Source: Squatina squatina
Taxonomy: Eukaryota
Direction of reading: 5' to 3'
Assembly (NCBI GenBank): GCA_031763465.1
Contig: JARFOE010000168.1
Span: forward strand, 8,225,018 to 8,264,384
Length of the DNA stretch: 39,367 bases
The notes below the pieces were generated by a model. It was not told the origin of the DNA, did not search any database, and was given only the letters and a program-made list of their open reading frames with translations. Made by a program: the position numbers and the translations under genes. This document shows positions 20,146-33,495 of the stretch, one piece after another (within the stretch, counting starts at the first letter, position 1; every line of letters begins with the position of its first letter).

Positions 20146-23100
20146 NNNNNNNNNNNNNNNNNNNNNNNNNNNNNNNNNNNNNNNNNNNNNNNNNNNNNNN
20201 NNNNNNNNNNNNNNNNNNNNNNNNNNNNNNNNNNNNNNNNNNNNNCTTGTCATTGATTCAGAAAGGGTTAATGAAAGGATGAATTGAAGCTGGCTTTTCA
20301 TCTTGATAATGAGGCTGTGTGTAGCAGTGAACCATTTGTATACCTGTCTGATCAAATAAATGACTGTTTCAATCTATGTCGCTATCTACGTACAATACCA
20401 GATGCTGTTTCAGTATTGATCTGGCACAGATTGCAGTCTGGATAGGTAATAAACCACTGTGACATAAATTGCAAAATGAAGATTTATGAAACTATAATCA
20501 AATTTGTTACATGTTATAGTTAAACACTAATTTATCACAAATAATGCTACAGTAAAATCATTCATTCTTATTGGCTTTATGTACCCAATGACAAAGAATG
20601 GAAATGCTAAATTGTCTAAGTTAGTTTTGCTAATCTGCTTCTTTCAATCTTAACCAAACTAATAAATCAAATGAACCAGGAATCAATGTCAATATCTAAA
20701 CTCTCTTGCTAAAGTATTTTAATAGGTTTCCAAGTCAAGAAAAATGAATGTTCTTGAAGAATTCTCTTATGCTTTTTAAAAAAAATCTACGAGGTCTTGG
20801 AAGCCAATTGTTTATGGCTGATATTGTTGAATAAAGGTTAGAGCAATTCTTGCACTTCTTCCAGTTGAATAAATAAATCTTTTACTTTGGCTAATTATCT
20901 GCGATGCAAATTAATAAACGTGCTGAGATTCTGGCAGCTCTATTTTGAAACACAATGATGTTAAAATAAGCTTTTACTTGCAAATGCCAGACAAATGCTG
21001 TTTTAATTGCTTTTGGAATGTAAATTGTAGCAATGTAATGCATGGGCATAATGAATGGTCTCCATGTGTCCCTTAAACTAGGTAAAATAGTGGATTTGTT
21101 TTATTTCCAAGGGTGGCACAAAGAGAACTTTTCTAACTCAGAGGTAAAAACTCTCATGAGGAAGCACTGGAAGAATCAACAACAACAAAATTAGGCAGAA
21201 ACATCATTGTCTCAAGTCAGTAGACAGAAACTAGACATCAGAGAAATTCTATCACANNNNNNNNNNNNNNNNNNNNNNNNNNNNNNNNNNNNNNNNNNNN
21301 NNNNNNNNNNNNNNNNNNNNNNNNNNNNNNNNNNNNNNNNNNNNNNNNNNNNNNNNAGGTGCTATATCAATACAAGTTGTTGTTGTTGCCATCAGAGGAG
21401 CATCCAAAAAACTCTTTCACAGTGCAACTTCAAATCTGAAAGTTGGATCATATCCCATTACAAGCAGGCCCCTCGGTGCTAAGGCCAGTGCTGAGAATTT
21501 TATAAATTTTATGTGCCATTTTTGTTGATGCCCTTGTATCACCATTTTTTGTAGTTATTTGTTTCCTTTAACTTTCCTCCATGACCAATGCCCATCCATA
21601 TCCAGGCTACCTGTTAGGTTATTTTTAGTGATATATTTCAATGGGTTTACTGAAGTTTATTGAAGATGCAATAAGAAAGAAATATTCATTGGCGATAACT
21701 GGAAATGGTAGCTGAAATTTCCACAATTTACAAATAAATAGTTTGAAAATGATTTTTCATATCTCCACTGTCAGAAGTGTCAAAATACTTACATCATTTC
21801 TGCAAGAATGAGTTAGTGTCAGAAAAAGGTTTATCTTGGAAAAACAGCATGTGTAAGTATTAGAAAAGACATGACACTTTTAAACACCAGCAGATATTTA
21901 AGATGGCTGTTTCTGACTAATCCATTACCTTTGGAAATCTGAAACTAAATACATTAGCAAGAATTAGTTCACATAACTTACAAATCCATTCGTATAACAT
22001 TCATTTTCCTTAGAGAGAATTGCAAGATTTTAATAATACATTATTATAGTGTTATATTATTTGGACAAAAAAAGTGCAGACAAATTAAATAACTTAATGG
22101 CACATCTGTCCAGAAGGAACCATCTCTCTCTGAAGTGAAATTTAAGGGCATTTCTCATGTTTGAAATGGCTCCTCGGCACTGGTGAGATGTGAAACAATC
22201 TCACGGAAAATCGCATGACAAATGTGCTGCAATTTACCTGCAATATGTGGCACACCTACAGGTGGTGCTGTGAAAGAGGTTTTCAATGTTAAGGTATTAA
22301 GAAAATCAATGCTTGTTCAGAAATGGAGTNNNNNNNNNNNNNNNNNNNNNNNNNNNNNNNNNNNNNNNNNNNNNNNNNNNNNNNNNNNNNNNNNNNNNNN
22401 NNNNNNNNNNNNNNNNNNNNNNNNNNNNNTCCCAACTATTTGTCCATTTTGTTATGTTGCAAAAATAGCACCCATGATGGGCAGTAAATGCTTAATCAGG
22501 GTAAGTAAGGGAAAGAAATCTGAAACAAGCAATCTATAAGCTCAGAACTACCTTGGCAATCCACTTATCACAATAGCACACAGATCAGAGTACTCTGAGT
22601 CCCTACAGGTGAGTGCCCCTTTAAATACTGCTTCCAGTCATGTCAGTCAGTTTGTGAAGCCGATCCTGCAAGGTTTTACGCTTTGTTAAAATTGCATTGG
22701 AGCCCTAATCATATCATGGGACCCTGATTTGCATATAGTAATGAGGCACCAGTCTGTTTCTGGTAGGTGCATTTTCTATCAGAATCAGCTTCCAAGTTAA
22801 AATAGTGGCTGGTGGGAATTGGGGATAGGTCGCCATTTTAACATTTCAGGTTCAGGAAAGGTGCCCACCCCACACAACTGAAGGCCTCATTTAAATGATG
22901 AAGTTGCACTTGTGTTCCCTTTTTCTGAGGTTTTCATTCCACCTGGTGTGTTTGGCCATAGCTCTAATGCACCCAGCCGACACCAGGATTTCTGACTGGG
23001 TCAGCATCCTTGGATATTGGTAGCTGGAAGTCACGTACTGCCACACTTCCATCGGTGGATGGGGGATCTAAAAATCTCGGGGGCCTAGTATTTTTATCTC

Positions 23101-23617
23101 AGAGTAAAAATGCGGGCTTAAAAGATTAGTTCAGCTGATTTTAACATGAAATCTGAACTTCATTCCCTTGAGTAGTGTTTAGCTAACCAGCAGGCGGTGG
23201 AGCTGTGAGAGAGCCATATGAATGGAAATTAGCATTTTAGTGATACTGCCAGCGATCCTTTAATTTTAAAAATGCATTATGCCACAGGTATTAAAAAAAA
23301 CATTGACAAAATAAAAGTAGCGATAAAATTCTTTAGAGGTCACTGGAGTGAAAATATAATTTTTACTTCTCGATTTTAGAAGTCATGGAGTATGTTATAA
23401 AAATATTCTTACGTTATTTGGACATTTGGTGACGTGTTACGTCATTTTTTTCAGAACTATTTCTCGTGCACTTTATGTTTGGGTCATCTTCTGATAATAT
23501 ATTTTAATTCAACTTCACATCTTACAGCCATGTTACCATTACCCAATTGAGTACTGTTTGTTTTTATTCATTTCATGGCCAGTATATGCTCAGACTATAA
23601 CAAATTTGCTCTTGTAG

Positions 23618-23833
<216 letters not shown>

Positions 23834-24149
23834 TAGAATTGACAGTAAACTAAAGTCGATCCCTCTGTTGATGATGCATTCAGAATTTCATTCAGAAATG
23901 TCAAAGACCCATAAATATTGCAGATGCAAGTGACTGATCTATCTTGTCAAATACATTCTGGGATGAGTCAAAGGAGCATTTAAGTGATAACAAACTGCCA
24001 TGATCACATTCTGAGCACTGAATATATCTGTCATTGAATAAATAGGCAAAAGTGCAGCAATGCCTTACTCAGTTTATTCCATAAGTGTGAAGGGCCCATA
24101 ATTTGTGGTCTGACTGTGATGTTGATTCATTACTTGCGATGTCTGGGTT

Positions 24150-24395
24150 ATGTGGCAAAGCAATTAAAAAAGCAAATGGAACACTGGGATATATAGCTCA
24201 CAGAGTGNNNNNNNNNNCACAGAGTGGAGTACAAGTCTCTGGAGGTTAGGCCAGGCAACCTACAATCCATTGATCAAACCACATTTGAAGTATCATGTTC
24301 AATTTTGGTATTACACCTCAAAATAAAAATAAACATTGCAGAGAATATGGAAAAGAGTAACAAGATGAGCTATGAGGAAAGGTTAGAAAAACTTA
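24150..24395 (+). mobile_element. CR1 3' ORF2 fragment
   Basis: KKANGTLGYI, VEYKS and MSYEERLEKL. Confidence 0.75.
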
Positions 24396-25571
24396 GGGGG
24401 AGAAATTGGACCTTGCCAAGCACTGACATTTGCACGAAAAATTTAGAGCTGTAGGAGCGAATTTCGGGATGTGAACTTATGCACCTAATCTCCCCCAAGC
24501 CTGTAAGAAGCAGTCGTTAGGGCAGTTGAATATGCTAATCAGGAGCCTAATGCCTGTTTAAGGACCTTGCTGCCAAATATGGCATAAACTGAGTGAAGCC
24601 TGCATTGTGCATGCTCTGCTTTGCTTTCCTGGGTCTAGAGTGGCCTGCCCAGTTGTCCTTAAAGGGAGGTTTGCCAACGGAAAGTAAGTACTTCTTAAAA
24701 ATCTTATTCACATTACTCTGGAGCCAGGAGTGTTTCTCCTGCCTACGGTGTTAAATTAGCCATGGAGTGGAAACTGTGCAGCACTTGGATTTTAACTCCC
24801 GTTCTGCCGGGTTTCCCCTGTAAAAATTCCCCCTTTACAGGTTCACGATTTCCTAACCTGTGTTTTCTCTGAGTGCAATCCTTCACTCGGNNNNNNNNNN
24901 NNNNNNNNNNNNNNNNNNNNNNNNNNNNNNNNNNNNNNNNNNNNNNNNNNNNNNNNNNNNNNNNNNNNNNNNNNNNNNNNNNNNNNNNNNAGGAAGCACT
25001 GGAGACTAGCGACACCTTGGTATCCCTGACCATCGGAGATTGGGAGGTGGGGTCTTCCCAACTACCTGATGATGCAATTATATATCAGTGGCCCACTCAG
25101 TCATGTTCACTTGATTTCAGCAGCAAGTGAAATAGAATCATCTTCATAATGATAAGTTGCAACATTCTTATTTTGCCAGTACTTATTCATATCTTTCCTC
25201 TCTGTCAGGGCTTTCACATATGCAGTGGCAGTCGGTGAACCTCCCAGATAATGAATTCTCAGAGGAACTAATTCCTTCTGAAGGTGAACCATCAGAGGAC
25301 TCATGCATACCCTGCACTAGCACAGATACTAGCACTTCGGTGGGTTCCAGTTAGAGAGATAGTTGGGTTTTCACCTGGTGACTCACAGTTCAGAAGTGAG
25401 CAAGAAAGCCAGTGGTGGCAGGGGCAGCACTGTCCTCTCCAAGCTCTGCTCAGCTGGACACAGATGTTGTACCCAAGGGCCAGCAATGAAAAGGATAATC
25501 ATTGAGGGCAGCAGAAAATCTGCAACACACTGACAATGTCCAAGGTTGCAGAGAGAATAGAGGAGTCCAGC
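24396..25571 (+). mobile_element. Probable degenerate Harbinger-type element (pieces across a gap)
   Basis: TTA|GGGGGAGAAATTGG start, like 12853. Downstream acidic, Ser/Thr-rich remnants (EALETS..., PSEGEPSEDS..TSTDTSTSVG) resemble Harbinger Myb-protein tails. Continuity across the gap is inferred. Confidence 0.5.
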
Positions 25572-25671
25572 NNNNNNNNNNNNNNNNNNNNNNNNNNNNN
25601 NNNNNNNNNNNNNNNNNNNNNNNNNNNNNNNNNNNNNNNNNNNNNNNNNNNNNNNNNNNNNNNNNNNNNNN

Positions 25672-25742
25672 GCAAATGCAATGGGCCGAATGCCCTCTTT
25701 CTGTGCTGTACTATTCTCTGATTCTATAAATCTATGATTCAT
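25672..25742 (+). mobile_element. CR1 3' tail
   Basis: atgggccgaatgcc..ttctgtgctgta...ttctatgattc-type terminal repeats. Confidence 0.7.
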
Positions 25743-26259
25743 CTTTCACTTTTCAGTACATTCAATCTGATGTGGGCCTGTACGATGGCAAGCAGAAACA
25801 GAATTCAGAAATATCAAATTCAAACCTGAAGTATAGAACACCAGCAGGTTTACCTCCTCAACCTGTTCATTCACATCGTTAGTATGCTTGGAGCACAACA
25901 CCTGCCTGATTCATTAAGAAGATAAATAGAAGTACATTGATGTATTCGTGCCTCCAATTTTTCCTCTTAGGGTTTGTGGGAGCTGTAGAATGAGTGGCAT
26001 GTACTTATTACTTTAAAGAGGCACAACATACTATTAAACCTGAAGCACAAAATACAACATTAAAATCAAAGCACATAATCTGTCATCCAATAAAAGCACA
26101 CTAGGCCCATTAAAATTCAAAGACTGAAGGGTACCATTGACTTTGACACATTCAAGGTTATGTGCTGCCGCATAAAGAATAGATTTGGGCTTGATTCATC
26201 AAGGCTTCTGATTTTGAGATGCAGGACTGGATTCTCGCCTGAATTTTTGCCTTCTTAGT

Positions 26260-26405
26260 CCTCTAGCCCCTGACCTCTTCATCCTCACCTCCAACAACAA
26301 GTGTGAGGAGCTCACGTACTTCTTTGTCACTAAGATTGAGACCATCCATTCAGCTGCCTGCGCCGCATCCCTCTCTTCCCCTTGCCCACCACGAAAAACA
26401 CTGCC
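26260..26405 (+). mobile_element. L2 fragment
   Basis: Clearly similar to 3315-3425 (tcacctccaacaacaagtg..gaggagctca..attgagaccatcc). Confidence 0.8.
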
Positions 26406-26887
26406 NNNNNNNNNNNNNNNNNNNNNNNNNNNNNNNNNNNNNNNNNNNNNNNNNNNNNNNNNNNNNNNNNNNNNNNNNNNNNNNNNNNNNNNNNNNNNNN
26501 NNNNNAGTCATTGCTTAACTGGGAGCCACTGTAGGTCAGCGAGCACAGGGGTGATTTGGTGCGAGTTAGTTTTGGATCAACCCTAGTTTATGTAGGGTAG
26601 AATGTGGGAGGTGAGCCAGGAGTGCAATCTTGTTAACAATTCTTCACAAGTCAGCATTAATTTTGTCATCTCGCTGGCTATTGCCAGAATTGGAAAAAAA
26701 ATTGCTATTGCATGAATTTTACTAGGAAATAGTAGAAGATGCAACAAACTATGTCATATGTGATTTGGGACTGACTGATACTGTCAGTTGAGTAGAAAAG
26801 TATTCCCTTCCCCAGAAATAATGTGTTTCTTATCAATGAACTCAAACTATCATTCAGAAACATTTGCTTAAGAATGTGAAGTAGTAA

Positions 26888-27223
<336 letters not shown>

Positions 27224-28164
27224 AGCAGTTCCATCTGATGCTGCTGCCTGGAGAGGCAATAGGTTCACTGTAAACTCCCTATCACATGTGTACACCGAAA
27301 TAAGCATAATGATTAGACTGCACTATCCCTTTTGTCAGTGTACATCAGCTGTATTGATGTTTAAAATTATTTGATGATTGGGAAATAATGGAACAAAACA
27401 TCAATGTATAAAATGCTTTCAACTGTTAACATTTTTACATTTTTAATAAGGCTATGTAATATATTATTCTAATGTGACATTATTTATATTACTTTCAACA
27501 AAATATGTTAATGTATGTCCCAAATTGTATCATTATTATATGTTTAACGCACATCAATGTTTTTAATGTCCATCCTAAATAAACACCCAACCTTCTTTAT
27601 TCTCTTAGTCTACTTGCTGACTGAATTCTTAAGAACAGAGATTGAATTTATGTTCGTAAGGATTGGCAATACTAATGCCTCCTCAGGAGTGCATTTGTTT
27701 GCTCATGTGTAAAGTCGTTATTCCAGTCGCTTAATTATTCCTTATATTTGACTAATTTTAAACAAATTCCTGAATAATATTCCTCCTACTGCACTTTTAT
27801 TCTGAGGTTGTTATTTTATAGCATTGCCCTGAGGGCAGAATGCCCATGCACAATTCTTGTGGAAAGTAACAAACACCCAATAGAAAAAAATACCACAACC
27901 TCAAAAAGAATAGCCAGCCAGAATCATGCAGGAGGACTGCTCACCCACTGGTAAGACAAATGCCATTCTCCCAGTATTTTATTTCAGCATTACACCAGTT
28001 CCACTAACGAACAGAATCCATTTATTGCATAACACACCGAGACTATTCTGGAGACCCTGATTGGTGCATATTGAAGAGCAATTCCAGATCTGTCCAGGCA
28101 CCTGAAGTATATCTTCAGCATGCCGATGGTCTGCTCAGTCACACATCTGGTGTTGATACGGTAT

Positions 28165-28251
28165 TCATTGTAACGCTATAGAGGGAGTACAGAGAAGGTT
28201 CACTAGATTGATCCCTGGGATGGCAGGACTTTCATATGAAGAAAGACTGGA
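28165..28251 (+). mobile_element. CR1 fragment
   Basis: EGVQRRFTRLIPGMAGLSYEERL. Confidence 0.85.
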
Positions 28252-29384
28252 NNNNNNNNNNNNNNNNNNNNNNNNNNNNNNNNNNNNNNNNNNNNNNNNN
28301 NNNNNNNNNNNNNNNNNNNNNNNNNNNNNNNNNNNNNNNNNNNNNNNNNNNGCCATAAGGTATTGCTTTAGGCTTTATTTCATTAAAGGTATATAGGGAT
28401 ACGGTTACAACGTGGGTTTTGGTGAGGTTTAGAGTTAACAAATAGTTACAAGTCAGTCTGGGATAAGTGATGATCTAGTAGAACCATTTGACAGAGTGAT
28501 TCTCTGATGTTGTCCATGGCCTGTATTCAGCCATATTTCCTGCATCCATTAATCTCCCAGCCTATCAGCAGCCAGCCAATGGCATGCAATAAATCCTTAG
28601 CAACTGTGAGGTGCGTCAACGAGTTGGATGAACTATATGCATCCTCCAGATTTAATGTAATCCTCGTGGACAGCTGATAGAAGATATACATTACCTGGAC
28701 TAAAACAGAGTTATGGTGGTGGAAAATTGATATCTTCACACAAAATTTACTGCAGCTTCTAAAAATGAAGCTGCTCTTTTTTTTCTATTTTAACAGCTGG
28801 CAAATGGAGCAAATTGTCTTTTTTCATTAAACTGTTTGCTCAGGAGCCAATGACATGCCAGGTAATTGCTTTTCAAGTCCACATTTTATCATCAGCTGGC
28901 ATAAATTTATTAAAGCATGTTTCCTTACCAGAATGTTGGGACGTGTTCAGCTCAAAAGGGCTAGACACAGCAATCGACATTAAGTAACTAAGATGTTTTT
29001 ACTGTGACAAAGAATTTACTCTCATTCGTGCATAATATAAAGCAACTAGGCTACAACAGTGCTCGAAGGGGATGGATGAGTGTAAAATCTGGCAGTTGCA
29101 TGGAATGGGTACACTTGGTGTAAAATTAATATGGATTCTATAAGGCCAAAAGATCAATCATATGGTTTTAATAAATGATTTAAGGAACATTTGCTACATT
29201 CCCTTCTATATCTCCAATGTACACAGTCCCTGACAGAGAAGTATTCCAAGAATAATTTTGCATTTAATAACTCAGTTTATAATGNNNNNNNNNNNNNNNN
29301 NNNNNNNNNNNNNNNNNNNNNNNNNNNNNNNNNNNNNNNNNNNNNNNNNNNNNNNNNNNNNNNNNNNNNNNNNNNNNNNNNNNN

Positions 29385-29680
29385 CCTCCCTTTCCGTTAA
29401 AGGGGAAGGCCGCTGTGAACTGTCATGGCCTCCACTGGGTCACCAGGACTATGTGGTGCCGTAGTCACAGCCCAAGCGGAGTGCAGGGCTGCACGATGGC
29501 AGCCCAGACCACACGACAGCAAAGAACAGGCCGACCGGCATCGCCCGTGGCAACCTCATGGGGCGCTAGGCAATTTTCACAGAGGGGTCGCTGCGCATGG
29601 CGATGGGGCACGGCAGCCCGCGCCGCTATTAACAGGGTGTGGCATTACCGTGTTCACGCCTCTGCTAACTCCTGCGCAAA
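29385..29680. mobile_element. Partial Harbinger-like MITE (family of 12853-13587)
   Basis: cctccctttc..ttaaagggga.ggccgctg...atggcctccactggg matches 13058-13130. Confidence 0.7.
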
Positions 29681-29799
29681 GTATTCAAAATATTATTATT
29701 TCTGGTACTAACCTATATAATGTATTATTTGCAAGATATGATCATTAAAACAGTTAATTAGTTGCATTAATATTAACCAGAATGCTATTTCATATTCAG

Positions 29800-29948
29800 G
29801 ATATTGAAACGGTTAAAGGCAAAAGATCCTAAAAAAATTCAACTGGAGCGTTTGGAACAAGGGTTTTCCATCTATGTAAATGGTGCCAACTCTGAAGTAA
29901 AGAGACAACCAAGAATTGAAGCAACTTCAAGATCAGTATGGACAGCTG
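29800..29948 (+). CDS. KATNIP: KATNIP (KIAA0556) early exon
   Basis: ILKRLKAKDPKKIQLERLEQGFSIYVNGANSE, with CAG acceptor and GTGAGT donor. Not in the ORF track. Confidence 0.88.
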
Positions 29949-30807
29949 GTGAGTAATGATTGAACAAGCTGCTGTGTTGCCCAAGGGTCTAAAATATAGC
30001 CTTTCATCTACAGAGGTGACATCATCTATTGTCTTCTGAGCTATGCAGGATCGAATTATTATTTATTTCAATGAGAGAAGCTTCAGTCTGAAGGCAAATA
30101 TATAGATCTTTTTCTTTTCTATGAATAATGCAGCTAAATTGTGGCCAAGTAATACTGAGGCATTTGTAAATTTTCCAAACAACTGTAAATGATAACCAAT
30201 AAAAGCTCTCAAAATATGATTAGGTTGCTAACTGTTCATTATCCCAGTATTGACGATCTCTTGGTGCATTTTTTTAATTTTCTGAAGAAAACATTACTGA
30301 TGGAGATTTCTGTTAATACTGTAGCTGTGTCCATTGGGATGGTGAGAGCACAGCATTAGATTATTTGTCAATGAATTTCTACAGATAACATTGTCTTTCT
30401 GCTGATAGTGAGCAGCACTTTCCCAACTGTTAGAGACTCATATAAGGGGACATGTTGTGAATAGGTACCATAATATGATTCAATTCAGTATGAGGTTTGA
30501 AAGGGAGAAGGGAAAGTTTCAAACAAATGTCTTAAATTTAAGTCAGGCAAACTTTGAAAGTATGAAAAAATAAACACCCAGTAATCTGGCAGGCATTTTC
30601 TCTCCTATCTAGTCTACAGATGCAAATACCAATTTTGCTCTGGCTAAGATCAATCAACTCAATGTAGAGCACGTGCAGTGATCAAACCTGGGATGTAACT
30701 TGTCTCTTTGACCAAATACCACACTGTATAGTATATTTACCAATTGAATAATCTGGAATAAGGGAAGGGTATTATTTCTTTTTATTTTTGCTCAGACTAA
30801 ACATTAA

Positions 30808-32323
30808 GGGGTCCCAACTGGGTTGGCTGCGCTGGTAACTTAAGGAGCTGAAACCCAGTTTTATTTGTGCTGTATTTGCGCTGGTAATTTACGTCGGGAA
30901 ATTGGTCTCTTTAAAAAAAAGGCGGAGTGTAAATCCAGTTCAAAATCAGCGTAAGGAGTTGCAGGTGCAGTGTTGAGTGGGCGGAAGAGATTTCGTAGGA
31001 CCAATTCCATGAACTTGCTGATCAGAATCAATCAGTTGCCAGTCCACCTCAGTCCTCAAAGGGGACGATTGCTGGTAGCAAATCAGTTCTTTGAGCACTG
31101 AGGATTTAGCAGCGGTTGGTGGAGAGAGTTATAGGTCTTACTGGATCGTATTGGAAGCAATTGCAGGTGTGGCCAGAGGGGCCAGGGTGCCCAACTTCAC
31201 CAATGCGGCCCTTGAGGCACTAGTGGCGGCCGTGAAAAGGAGGGCGGGGAGACCGTTCACCAGAGCTGGCAGTAGAGGCGTTGCCCAGCAACTGAGTGGG
31301 GTTTGGAGACAAGTAGCCGTGGAGGTTTGAGTGGTTGATGTCGTGCAAAGGACAGGACCTCAGTGCAGGAAGAAGTGTAATGACCTCATGCGTTTAGTGA
31401 GGGTGAGTGCAATGCTGTCTTCAATGGTCATGTGTGGTGAAAGAGTTGTGCCTGTAATGTATTTAGCTAATGTAATCATTGATGATGTAATGGCTGTGGG
31501 GCAATGGGATTGTTGCAATGTGTGCCACTAGCGCCCTGATAAATGGCACACCTTCTTTATCAGGACATATATGAAAAGATGTTTGACATATGCTGCCGAA
31601 TGCAGTTGTGCTTTTATATGCAGGTGAAGCTGGCGTGGAATTGAGCTGAGCAGCAGCAAACCGGAGGAGGTGTGGCCAAAATCATTGAGCTCTCTAACCT
31701 GGAGCAAGACGTTGCCCGAATTCTAGGAGCAGATGCTGGGGTGCCAATGGCAAGAGGAGGCGCTCAACCTCCCCCTACAGATGTGAGCAAGTGTGAAATG
31801 CCCTCAATAGCACAGTAGTTTCTTTTCGTGTGTCCTCCACATGCAGCAAATTGTTATCTTGTATGAAAGGTTGTCCCCATGCCACCTCCCATCCCCTCAC
31901 CCTCATTTCTGTGCTGTGTGAATGTGTTTTACAGTTGATCTCTCCTCCACAGAAGGAGACTCATCTACAGAGGAGGGCAGGCCTCGGACATTTTTGTAGC
32001 AAGTGTCGAACTGCAGGAGGAAGAGGAAATCATTGGTTGGGAGGAGGAGTGGGGTGTGAGAGGGAAGCCATGGCTGCTGCAAGCCCTGCATCACACCTTG
32101 CCCATTCACTTCTCGCCAGCTCAGATCCATGAACCTTGCGTAGTTTAGAAATTCATTTCCACCATTGGTCGTCACTGGGTGAAGCACCGGGGTGTAGCAG
32201 GGTGTGAGGCCAATGGATGTTGGGGTGCCAACTGGCCGGAGGGGCAGTAGGCCAATCAGCACTGCTGAGGCTGGCTCAGGTGAGGACCTGGTGGGCTTAG
32301 TGTCACTGAAAGGCTCATTGACA
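30808..32323 (+). mobile_element. PIF/Harbinger transposon with spliced Myb/SANT-like (NAIF1/MSANTD-type) gene, pseudogenised
   Basis: TAA|GGGG start. Exon A encodes RVPNFTNAALEALV...WRQVA...RTGPQCRKKCNDL with donor GTGAGT at 31403. Exon B from 31624 encodes VKLAWN*AEQQQTGGG..ELSNLEQ. In-frame stops present. Confidence 0.82.
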
Positions 32324-32423
32324 NNNNNNNNNNNNNNNNNNNNNNNNNNNNNNNNNNNNNNNNNNNNNNNNNNNNNNNNNNNNNNNNNNNNNNNNNNNNN
32401 NNNNNNNNNNNNNNNNNNNNNNN

Positions 32424-32500
32424 CGTGTTGAATGGCGGTGCAGGCTCGAAGGGCTGAATGGCCTACTCCTGCACCTATTTTCTATGTTTCTATGTTTCTA
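32424..32500 (+). mobile_element. HER1/HE1-like CR1 3' tail
   Basis: gaatggcctactcctgcacctattttctatgtttctatgtttcta. Confidence 0.8.
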
Positions 32501-32860
32501 GTAGCAGCATGGATCTCTTGCTGTCTAACCTGCCGTTTCCCATACCCTATTCCTACCCCATTCTTACTACTGCACATTGAATTAATTCATGTGAATGAGA
32601 TGATCAGCTCCTGTCAGCTTTTAATACTATTTTTACATATTTCAAAATTTCATTACAAACCTGCTTTGAGAATCTCTTGGGTGGGCGGCATGGGGAAATA
32701 CCATTTAATTCAACTGTTTAAAAAGTCACCATCCACATTCTTGGTGCACCTTGTTACTTTTATTATCCTATTAAATCGCTGGTTTCATATTTTATGAAGT
32801 AAAAAGCTTTGTTCACATTAAGCCCATACATTAAAATTATGTATACAAAATTAATTTCAG

Positions 32861-32970
32861 ATTCTGCTTCAAGATCGACTTTGCATGCTGAAGAGCTACA
32901 AGAATTAGGCGTACTAAAACGTAGAACGCAAACCGCACCAGGCAAAGTTCAGCGTAAGGGTTGGGTGCAG
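32861..32970 (+). CDS. KATNIP: KATNIP exon
   Basis: RRTQTAPGKVQRKGWVQ, with AG acceptor and GTAAAG donor. Phase is compatible with exon 29800-29948. Confidence 0.85.
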
Positions 32971-33314
32971 GTAAAGACAACTGATAAACTGCAGTAGAAA
33001 CTGTATGAAATCTTTGTTATGTAGAGGAACTTTTCATGGGCACAGTTTGCCTGTCACTTCCACATTGCAAATGTTTCACTTTGTAGCAATGAAAACCTGG
33101 CAGTATAATTCTAGAGACAAGTCCTGTTCTGACTGTGGAGGAGAGCAGTGTGACATCCCCATCTCCCCGCACCATCCGAAGAGGCTATCTCATACTGCTT
33201 GGGTTTGACACCACATTTGAGTTCATGCAGTGCCAAACTGGATTCAAAAGATGGTTGAGGTTCCTTTTACCTGCTGAGCATTTTTTAAATGTGTCCGAAG
33301 TTCATTGAAACTTT

Positions 33315-33495
33315 AGGAAAATGGGAACAGGAAGCGGCCATTCAGCCCCTCGTGCCTGTTCATTCAATTGATCATGGCTGATCTGTATCTTAACTCCACT
33401 TACTTGCCTTGGTTCCATGACCTTTAATATCCTTACCTAATGAAAATCTATCGATCTCGGTTGTGAAATTTTCAATTGATCTAGCCTCAACAACT
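33315..33495 (-). mobile_element. CR1 3' end
   Basis: Similar to 15250-15410 (ggccattcagcccctcg..gatcatggctgat..aaaatctatcgatctc). Confidence 0.8.

Noticed and set aside
25107-25304. Minus-strand 65-aa ORF
   Set aside because: No recognisable motif; it is antisense to a probable transposon remnant.
28799-28861. AG...GT-bounded segment as a KATNIP 5' exon
   Set aside because: No recognisable similarity to KATNIP; splice-like words alone are insufficient.
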